Source: Gracilinanus agilis
Lineage: Eukaryota
DNA: 64,000 nucleotides
Assembly (NCBI RefSeq): GCF_016433145.1
Contig: NC_058131.1
Span: forward strand, 551,659,117-551,723,116
Direction of reading: 5' to 3'
Within the stretch, counting starts at the first letter, position 1, and the number at the start of each line of letters is the position of its first letter. Below, in pieces: positions 45,701 to 54,624 of the stretch. The position numbers and the translations under genes were made by a program. The notes below the pieces were generated by a model, which was not told the DNA's origin, made no database searches, and saw nothing but the letters and a program-made list of their open reading frames with translations.

Positions 45701-47116
45701 GCCCCAGTACCCATTCTCGGCCCCCACCTCAGTGTTGCACCCCCATTCTCCCATTCAGACCGGTCCTCTTCTCCCCTTGACAGAAGCCAAATTGCTCGGT
45801 GGCAGAGAAGTCTTTTGCAGTGGGGACCCTGGCGGAGACAATGCAAGGCATGGGGCCTGCCTCATCCCAGTTTGTGTCTCGGCTGCTGCCGGTGCTGCTG
45901 TGCGCCGGCCAAGATGCGGACCCCGAGGTGCGGAGCAATGCCGTCTTTGGGCTGGGCGTGCTGATGGAGCACGGGGGCTGCCCTGCCCAAGAGTATCCTC
46001 ATCACGAGGGCGTCTGGGGGGGGCGCAGGGGGGGAAAGGGGCCTGCGGGCACGTCTCGTTTTCTGAGAAGCCTCCCTCCCGTATGGTGAAACAAAGGCAG
46101 TGAGGGTGGCCAGAGGTCCCTAGCCAGTCACCGCCTCTCCCGAGGAGGAAGGCACGTGTTGTCATCAGTCCTCTGGAACAATAGTAACTCCCTCATTTTA
46201 CAGATGAGGAGGCCGAAACCCAGAAAAGTGAAGTCATTTGGCCAAGGTCTAATGGCAGAGCTTGGACTAGAGCCCAAAGCTTCCGTTTCCCCATCCAATG
46301 CTCTTTCCAGCACATCCCACCTTCGTGGGTGGGGGTTTGGGGACTGGGCCCAGGATCTGTGGAGAGAGGCCGGCCTGTGGGCCCTGTTCCTTGACTACAG
46401 CCCAGGCACATGACGAAGGTCCTGGGGTTCCTGTCCTCCCTCATTACGCGCGAGCGCCACAACCGTGTCCGGGACAACATCTGCGGGGCCCTCGCACGCC
46501 TGCTCATGTCCAACCCCTCAGAAAACCCCCTGCCACAGGTAGGAGAAGGGGGAGGCGTCCGGGGAGGGGCAGCAGGGAGGACGTTCCGGGCCGGCTGACC
46601 CCCGTGTGTGTAGGTGCTGACCACGCTGTTCCGCGCGCTACCACTGAAGGAGGATCTGGAAGAATGGGTCACTCTGGGGAAGTTTTTCAAGTTCCTACTT
46701 CAGCGTTACCCTGATCAGGTACCCCGCCCAGAAACCTTTGTCCTGGCTCCCCGCCCCCCGGCTTTGGACCCTCTGTGGGCCTTGGTGCCAGTTCTCTCCT
46801 CCCCGCCTTCCCTCCAGGTGGCCGATGTGGCTTTCGAGCTCGTTGAGGTATGCAGCTTGACCCTAAATGCCAAAAAGGTCCCACAAGGTGAGGGGGCCCG
46901 GAGGTCGCGTAGGTGGGGATAGTCGTGATGAGCATCCGCTCGGTCCACCCTCGGGTGACTCTGCCCTCTCCTTGTCCATCCCCAGACACCAAGACGGCGC
47001 TGCTGCAGCTCCTGACTCATTTGGCCCACCAGTACGTAAGCAGGTTCCAGGGAGCAATGAGAGCTCTGCCCCCTGACCAAGCCCAGGAACTCGAGGCTAT
47101 GCTCAGACCCCCCTAG
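33722..47116 (+). CDS. IPO4: Importin-4, 1081 aa, 30 exons: 33722-33790, 33893-33979, 34638-34717, 34814-34855, 35188-35317, 35435-35614, 36069-36134, 36239-36340, 36425-36508, 36828-36992, 37205-37258, 37654-37763, 37992-38100, 38332-38461, 38897-39010, 39163-39276, 40198-40318, 40596-40707, 40816-40934, 44171-44248, 44338-44395, 44503-44608, 44725-44918, 45017-45064, 45527-45652, 45784-45992, 46406-46538, 46614-46718, 46818-46887, 46986-47116
   Basis: Exon lengths sum to 3246 nt with consistent phases. MEPGELDRILRELLLPDTERIRL..., acidic loop DDSDGEEEEEELMDED, HEAT segments SQVVRNAALFAMGQFSE, FDEKEDTC, EVRSNAVFGLGVL and RVRDNICGALARL. Confidence 0.98.
39431..40036 (-). mobile_element. Solo ERV LTR (606 bp), antisense in IPO4 intron 16
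   Basis: TG...CA termini. On the minus strand: ATTGG (39879-39875), TATAAAA (39827-39821) and AATAAA (39547-39542) in U3-R-U5 order. No direct-repeat TSD recovered at these boundaries. Confidence 0.75.
41230..42200 (-). mobile_element. L2 LINE fragment(s) in IPO4 intron 19
   Basis: Typical antisense L2 text (gggagccactgaa-like, gacatggtcagg, aggaggagtctagaatgacacc, gttgagttcaaaatgcc); boundaries approximate. Confidence 0.65.
42211..42270. repeat. (GAAT)15 tetranucleotide microsatellite, probably an expanded L2 tail
   Basis: 60 bp with a single A>G interruption; adjoins ggcatttgttgcatgctcc, which is L2 3'-end-like. Confidence 0.95.
42750..42932 (-). mobile_element. SINE1-like SINE
   Basis: cacacagctaggaagtatctgagatcaaatttgaaccc...atccactgagccatctagctgcccc; flanked by ccagtgatt repeats at 42737 and 42940. 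Confidence 0.85.
45993..46405 (+). other. U12-type (minor spliceosome) GT-AG intron 26 of IPO4
   Basis: 5' site GTATCCTC. Branch TTCCTTGAC at 46387-46395, 11 nt from the 3' AG. No polypyrimidine tract between branch and AG. Phase-2 join GA|G CAC restores the E-H...KVLG...RERHNRVRDN reading. Confidence 0.93.
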
Positions 47117-47322
47117 GGCCTGGAACATGGCCTCCTGGGGCTGGGATAACCGGGGAATCCTGCCCCTCCTGGGGGAACTGCTTTCCGCCTTGGTTCCAGC
47201 TGAGTGCCTGCCAAAGACCTCCATCCCCAGGACAGCTTGGTTGTTGCCTTTTGGGAACCACCTCTAGGGCTGGTTCTGTTACTGTGTTGGACTTTATGGA
47301 CAAAGGCTTGACTTTTGATTTG

Positions 47323-47339
47323 AATAAAGTCCATTTATT
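47323..47339. terminator. Back-to-back polyA signals of IPO4 (+, 47323-47328) and REC8 (-, 47339-47334)
   Basis: AATAAA-GTCCA-TTTATT. These are the nearest canonical hexamers to each stop codon. Confidence 0.85.
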
Positions 47340-47444
47340 TTGACACGCTGCAGCTTTGGGGTAGGGAATGGGGAAACATGGGAGGGTGGGTTGTCATACG
47401 GCCGTTGATATTCAGCCTCCTAGCACGTCCAAAGAGATGGGCCT

Positions 47445-50400
47445 CTAGTGGTGGGGATACCGAGGCCCCGGCCGGATGATGAGGCTGCCGTAGGGCTCTT
47501 CTTGCTCCACATACAGAACCTGTTGCCTCGATAGCACTGCAGAGAATGGAGAGTGGGTGGATTGTGACAGAGGCGGCTCCTGGGCCCGGCCACTTCCCCC
47601 TCTGCCTCCCCACTCCCTCTACACAGTAGCTTACCCAGAAGCAAGTAGAAGATCCTAGCAGCCACCAGACGGGGGGCAAAGGGAGGAATCAGGTTGCTGA
47701 AATTTATTTCTCTTGAAGCCTGCAACTCCAATATGATAGCCCTGTAGGGGATCCAAGAAGCATTAGGTTAATACTGTGGAGCTCTTTGGGCCTTCTCTGG
47801 GCCCCATCTTTCCCCTCCCTTCTCTTCACTGCCATCGGTACCTTTGCACAGCCTCTGGAGAGAGCAGCTGTGGATCTGGGGAGAGCTGCAGGGGGAGCTC
47901 GGGCACTTCTGGAAGCTCCGGGACCACAGGCAGCACCGGCACCTCCACCTCCACCTCACCTAAACCCCTTTTGAGGACAGAGGTGTCACCTGGGAGGTGG
48001 TCACAGGGCCCCAGGAGAGCAGAGTTCTCTTCCCTCCCCTCTCACCAAGCTTTCATCCCTTGATGTCTGTGCCCCTTACCACCTCTCCTCAGGAGGAATG
48101 AAGCTGAGGCGGGACCTCTCTTCCTCAGTCGTCTCCAAGGAGAGTTCTGTTGTGGGGGAGATGGTCTAAGAGGGTCTCTCCCTTCATGGCATCCCCTCCA
48201 CTCACACTCTCATTCTCCCGAGCTTTACCTGAAGACAGTAGCAGGGGACCACTGGGCTCCTGGGCCTCTCGAAGAGTCTGAGGAGAGAGAAGGCAGTGAT
48301 GGAACATTGTCAGCAGAGTTTGCTCGGTTGGGAGTCTTTGCTTGGCGTCCTGTAGCACTGGCCTTCTGCCATCATCCAAACCCCAAAGAATGGACTCAAG
48401 GTAACCAGGATCTGGAGGGATCCTATTGTGACAAATGGGGTTGACCAGGCACCTCTATTTCACTCATGGTCTCCGCCTTTCTCCTTTCCTCTAACTGCTC
48501 AACCAGAGTCTCGGTCTCTCGGCGGGGCCGATATTGGAGCTTCTTTGGGGGGACCCGGGCACAACGAGTCCAGAGATCCAGGAGCTCCGGGTGTAGCCAT
48601 CCAGCTGGGGACAAAGGAGAAGAGGGTGGACAGGAATTTGGAAGATTAAGGTCTAGATTGACCACATGTATACAGTTGATCTAACACCACATTCATCCTC
48701 TGCCCAAGCCCTTCTCACCACTCTTACCATAAACTGGGGTTCTCAGCAGCTCCGCAGGGCTCTTCATCTGCCCAAGAGGTTGGACCATTGGCTGTGAAGG
48801 GAAAGGAAGCTCAAGACTCTAAAGCCGAAGGGTCTCGTGACCCGAGGCCCGGGGAGGCTGGGGCACAGGCCCCTCCTCTTCTTCGGGCCAGGGGCTCCTC
48901 ACACTCCATACCCTCCTTTCAACCCTGAGCAGGCCCACAACTGCCCGCACTCACGCAGTCCCGGGTGTGGGCCTGAGTTTGTACTACTTGATTTTGGAAT
49001 TCCTCTCGAGAAATCTGGGTCTCCTCATCATACAACTGCAGGCGGCGCTGGCGACGGGAGGGCGGACGCTGAAGTGGTGGGGACAGCCTTGGGAGGATCA
49101 ACTGTATCGCAGGGAAGAGAGCGTTGGTTGACCCCCTGGTTTATGACTAGCCTGACCAGATTCACCCAAGACTTTTTTTGAGTACCTTTGCCTAGTATCC
49201 ATTCCAAGGCAGAAGAACCAATGGATCTAGGTCATCCGAGTTAAACGACTTGCCCAAGGTCACATAGCTCTGAGGTGTCTGAGACTAGATTTGAACCCAG
49301 GACCTCCTAACTCCAGGCCTGGGGCACTATCCATTGTGCTGCCCTTTCACCCAAGACTTAAAAAATCCTTATCTTCTGTCTTAGAATCAGTACTATGTAT
49401 TGGTTCTAAGGCAGAAAAGTGGTAAGGGGCAGGTAGGCAATGGGGGTTAAGTGACTTGCCCGGGGTCACACAGGAAGTCTCTCAGGCCAGATTTGAACCC
49501 AGGACCTCCCATCTTGGTCCAACTTGATCCATAGAGCCACCTAGCTGCCCTTCCCCTAAGGCTTAATAGAGGATCCCAAAAACTGTTAGAGGAAGCTGAA
49601 GCAGTGGGAAAGGAGAGGGGCTGGGGGTGAGCGGCAGTACTTACTTCAGGGCTGCTGGGCACCTGAACAGGAGGCTCTGAAGGACTAGGCATCCTGGGCT
49701 CGAGGAGCTCCTTAGACAAGATCGCTTCTGCCAAGAACAGCAATTCTGGCTCTGCCCCAAGCTCCGCCCACCTCGGGCACCCCAGGCTCCAACCCCACAC
49801 CCGAAGTGGGGAATAGGGCATCTGGGAAGGGGCCTCCGCACGCACGGAGCTCACACACTTGGGAGCTGAGAGGCTGAGGAGGCAGGGAGGAGCACTCACC
49901 AGGCGGGGAAGGGCCAGCCTCTGGGACCAGTAACACGAGCTCTTCAGGGACCAGCTCCTTCTCGGACAGGGGCTCTGCGACCTCCTGGATCCTGGAGGCA
50001 AGGCTGAGAAATAGGCCTCTGCCCACCACCCACCCCCACCTCCACTCCCTGTCTCTGATGACTTACTGCGCCTGGGCCGACGGGGACAGCTGGGGGGGCT
50101 TCTCCTGCTCGAGGACCCTGGGAATTTCCATCGACTCTACAGCTGTGAGGCAGACAGGAGGTAGAGGGCTTGGGACTGGAGGACTCCCTCCCATCAGCTA
50201 CTTCAGCATTCGATGGTTCAATAGAACCCCCTTTTCCTCCCTCCTTGTCCTGCTCGAACCCCACCCCTGCCGGAGGGCTGACCCTCTGAGACTGGGCAGA
50301 TCTGGGTCAGGAGGTGCTCCCCAGGAGGGTGGCTCTTGGAGTTTTCCTCCAGCAAGATAGCTTCTTCATCCCCGGCCATCAGCAGGTCCAGGTCTTGATG

Positions 50401-52764
50401 GGAGATTTCTGGGAGGTCCTGCTCACCCTGTGGAGAGAGTACTGGAGGATGGATGCATTTCTTCTCTTGGCAAAAGAAGCATATAGGCAGAGAAAGAGCC
50501 AACGAGACGTCAATTGGGACCAAGTCCAAGGCAGAACTAGAAAAAGGCTCTTCATGGGTTGGAGGACGTGGGAAAATGAGAAACGGGTAAGGAAGAGTGT
50601 GGGAGTAAAAGAGCCTGTGGCTATTCTCTCAAGTCCAGGGAAGGAAGAGGGTTCCTCTCCATTTCTAGGCCCCCCAGTTCCAGATTCTGCTCACCTCAAT
50701 ATGAAGCACATGGATTGGCTCTGCCTCCTGAAGGGTGATGGTTTCAGGGGGCAGGACAGTGATGGGGGATTTGTCTGAGAGAAGGAGATGATGTCAGTTC
50801 CATTCCTCTTGACTTCGAGGTTCTAAGCACACATAGTCCCACAGGCCTAGGTGCCTTCCTATGTCCCTTCCCAGAAAGATGATTCTCTGACCAACTAAAT
50901 GGCCCCCGGGGAGCCAGGAAACTGCTCACCTGACTTCCTAGGTTGAAGGTAGTCCTGAGGGGGGGTCTCTTTAGGAGTCCTCTCTGCAGCTGGGGCTTCC
51001 AAGAGGTGTCGAACCTTTGGGCAAAGCCCAGTAGTCAAAGGACATGGTTTATTTTGTGGGTTTCCAGCTCTTCTCTGTGGCACTCAATAAAGTATTGAAG
51101 CTCCCTGGCCTGGGCACTTTTTCTCCCAGTCCCAACCCTCCAGACGCTACCAAATAACTCTTTCTATGATACAAAAACTACTAGCTAGGGTTGCCTAGAT
51201 GGCTTTAGACAAGGCCACAGCAGTATCCCACCCTTGGACAGCTAGTCAGAGCAACACTGAAGGAGATTAGTTTGCGGTGTGAGTCTCCTCCTTACCTGTG
51301 GGATATTGAAGGGACTAGGAAGGTTAGGGTCAATGGTCATCACTCCAAAGAAGGGGTCAGGGGCATCTGCCAAGGCCTCCATTGTGGTCAGCGGGTCCGG
51401 CAGCAGGAGACCGGGCCTGGGAAGCAACAGCAAAGTTGTCAGACAGGTGTACAGAGAGGGAAAGGATGGGCCGTGTTAAGACCAGAGCTGTGGGGGGAGG
51501 AGGCAGGAACGGGATGGCGATGAAGAGCAGATCAAGTGGCACATCCCTGGCCCCAGGGTGGCATATCTTATTTGGAGGCTGTACTCACACGTCAGATTCC
51601 ACCATGTCAATACGGATCTGCTGTTGTGCTCGGTGTAGGCGGTCCAGGATGTGCTGGATATCCTCTGTGGGGTGGGCACGAGCACAAAGTGAGAAGGCAG
51701 ACAAGACTGTTCCCCTTCGCCCACCCGAGGCACTCGGCCTTGAGCTTTCTCAGCCCCCTGGGGGTCACCCGTCCCCCCGCTTCCCTGGCCGCCTCACCCA
51801 CAAGGTACTGGCATTGTCGGAAGTAGACTCGGATAACGCCGAACTGGAGCTGGGCAGAGAGATAGAGGGAGAAGCGGGGTCTGGGGACCCCGGGCAGAGA
51901 TGGCTGCACTTGCACCAGAACATACTGCAGGATCTTCTCGCTGTGGGGGCGACAGCCTTAGCTGAGGAATGTCCAAATGGCCACCCAAGCCCTGCCTCCT
52001 GCCCTCTATCACCATTCTCTGGCCTCGTACTTTCCAAAATGAACCTTCTTTTTCCTCCCACCTCGGTCCCCAAAGGGGGGCAGTTCCTATCTCCGACCTC
52101 CTTCCTCCTCCAACCCCCTGAACCGCAGGGGCTCTCACCATGTCTCCACCACATCCACCTTCAGGTACTCGCGCTTCACTAGCCGAGTGCCACCTGTGGC
52201 TGCCAGCCTAGAAGCAGACAGGAGTAGAGAAATCGGTCACCTGCTAGGGCTTTTCATATGTCATTCCAGGGGTGTAAGCATGCGAACTAACCAAGTGGGG
52301 AGCCTTAGAGAGGAGAGGTACTGGGGGGGGCCTCTTACCAAGCTCACAGAGTATCAGAGAAGGCCCTTTAGACATTTAGTTCAACTGCCTCCTTTTACAG
52401 GTGAGCAAACTGATCTAAAGAGGGTAGTTACTTGTCCAGGTCACACAGAGGGCAAGAGGCAGAGGCCAGGGCACTCCAGTCTTTCTTTTCAACTCCCTCA
52501 TCGCCACCCCTCCCCCATTCTCTCCCTCTCTCTCTCCCTCTCCCCCTTCCTCCCTCTCTCCCTCTTCTCTTCTCTTTTCCTCCCTCCCTCCCCTTTGCTC
52601 CCTCCCTCTCTCCTCCCCTTCTCTCTTTTTCTTCCTCCACCCCCACCCCCCATCTCTTGCTCTCTCTGCTACTCCCAGCCTCCCCACCAGCCCCCTTTGC
52701 CCCCTCACCAGATAGTGGCAAAGCAGCCACTGTGGCGCTGAAGCACGTTTGGGTAATAGAACAT
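47445..52764 (-). CDS. REC8: Meiotic cohesin kleisin REC8, about 613 aa. Coding exons 52764-52709, 52207-52139, 51940-51798, 51664-51589, 51416-51296, 51014-50930, 50774-50695, 50427-50283 (donor uncertain), 50142-50067, 50003-49900, 49727-49645, 49101-48955, 48791-48728, 48604-48453, 48277-48229, 48146-48080, 47967-47842, 47741-47635, 47536-47445
   Basis: N-terminal kleisin MFYYPNVLQRHSGCFATIWLAAT...RPRFSLYLSAQLQFGVIRVY. C-terminal winged helix PRLVAARIFYLLLVLSRQQVLYVEQEEPYGSLIIRPGP. 1842 nt with consistent phases. Confidence 0.96.
49175..49550 (-). mobile_element. Two head-to-tail SINE1-like copies (49550-49360 and 49345-49175) filling REC8 intron 11
   Basis: Two SINE bodies. The left copy is flanked by the 14-bp TSD ttcacccaagactt (49161-49174, 49346-49359). 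Confidence 0.85.
52500..52700. repeat. Polypyrimidine/polypurine low-complexity tract in REC8 intron 1
   Basis: About 145 bp (52507-52652) almost purely C/T on the + strand. Confidence 0.9.
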
Positions 52765-53399
52765 CTTCTCATTCCAATCTTCTGTCCCCCACCTTTCTGA
52801 ACCTGTGCTCTAAACTCTACAAAGGAGCTACCTTCCCTAGATCCCTTGGAAGCAATGAGTTATGGTGGGAGGCTCTCCCTACTAATTCAATAAAGAGTTG
52901 GACATACAAAATAGGCAAATGGGTCTGTAAACAAATATAGACTTATTAAGAGATAGATATAACTAGATAAAAACTGTCAACAGGTATATATAAATACAGC
53001 TGTGGGGAGCGAGAGATAAATTTACTAAGATATTAAAGGTTGTCTTCTCGAGGACAGGGAGATGTCCCTTTTCCACACCCCGAGGAGAGTAAGTCAGGTG
53101 TGGCAGTGTCCCGCCCCAGCCTAGGGTTGGGAGATGCTGCCTCGTAGGGAAAAATCCTGCGAGGGGGAGAGAAGGGCTGCTTCTCAGTCCCAAGAGGAGA
53201 GGCGAGCAGTCCTGGGTGCCTCCTGTTGCTGCCCAGGATCAGGAGGAAAGCGGATCCCCAACCCCTAACAGAATCTTCTTCTGGCCCCAAGCAGTGGAGT
53301 TTCGGAGTCTGGGGAGGAGCGAGATACAGCGTGCGGGACTTTCGCAGCTAAGGTTCCCCGGTCCTACTTCACCACTAGCCGGATGACTACTGCAGGAGG

Positions 53400-53800
53400 C
53401 GCTCTCGTTCCTCCCTCGGGCCTCTCCTGATTGGATGGCGTTCCTCCTGGGAACGGCCAATCAGGCACAGATGCCAAGAAGCAGCGTTAGCTTCTCTTGG
53501 AGCTTCCAGATCTGAACCTCCGCCTCTCGTCGGCTGTCTGTGGAGGGGCAGCTAGGTGACCAATCAGAAATGCTCCTCAAAACCGCAAGTGCGGGAGGGG
53601 GGGTAGGGACAAATACTTCCAGTTCCCCGCCCCGCCCTTGTCCTCTAACGCCTAGTGACAGAACTGATGTTCCAGTCAATTGGAAGAATCCTGACTTGGC
53701 CAATAGGCGTGAGGGATGACTGTTCTCAGCGCCTAGGATCCTAGCAACAGTTGCTTCTCAGCCAATAGAAGGAAAGGGGACTGTTGGACGCTATCCGTAG
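53400..53800 (-). promoter_or_regulatory. Probable REC8 promoter with six CCAAT boxes and GC boxes
   Basis: ATTGG at 53430 and 53679; CCAAT at 53457, 53560, 53700 and 53762; ccccgccccgccc at about 53625; locally CpG-rich. Confidence 0.75.
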
Positions 53801-54624
53801 TTGGCCCCAGGGACCTCACCTCGTCTCCTTCCATTTTCTCACGTCAGGGATTTATTTAATAATTAACTGAGAATCCCGCGCTGTGTTTAGTACCCCATTT
53901 GAGACACTGACGATAATCGCTCCCAAGCAGTTCATCCATCAAAAAAGCATTTATTAAAGCACCCTACTCTATGTAAGGTTCCAGGGATTCGACAGCCCCG
54001 CCTGTCCTCAAGAAACTTACAATCTAGTTGGGGCTGAAAAGCATTTATACTGAGTACAATTCTGTCATCTCAGGATTTTAAAAGAATTAAGAGAGACCAG
54101 ACTCTCAAAAGTGCTCTATTTGAGACCCTGTAGAATCTAACATAAATGTGGCCCCCCCAAGGTGTCCTACTCATCCCACCCCCAATAAAGCGTGACCTTT
54201 GAATAATCCTTTTAGGCAATCAAGCGGTTGATAACTTTCTGAAGCTGATGTAGAAAGGAAACAAAGTAATAGCAAAGAGCCAAGTGAACTGCTGCTAGTC
54301 AAGGGAGCAGCGAACTGGGAGTCTTGTAACTGCTAAGTCATATAGGGATGATTGCAAGGTCAGGGGACGAGTTAGAGAAGAGAGAGAAACCAAGGCTCTA
54401 TACTTAACCCATTCCTGCCACAGGAAAGTAGGTATGCCAGTGTCAGTGTACACTATCTGTATTCCAGTGAATCTGTGATCTCCCTATTCCCTCCAAAGGC
54501 ATAGATAAAATCTTATTTGTGTTTGGGTTAAGTGATTTCCCAGGGTCACACAAGCTAGGAAGAGGCTAGATTTGAATTCAGGTCCGATACTCTGTCCACT
54601 GTACTACTTAATTGTCTTCTTCCA

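Noticed and set aside
47703-47708. Minus-strand AATAAA as the REC8 polyA signal
   Set aside because: It lies inside coding exon 18 (GAA ATA AAT).
47958-47992. Stronger-looking REC8 exon 17 acceptors (CCCAG at about 47990, TTTAG at 47960)
   Set aside because: Both give TGG-TGA after the phase-2 donor. Only AAAAG|G at 47967 keeps the frame.
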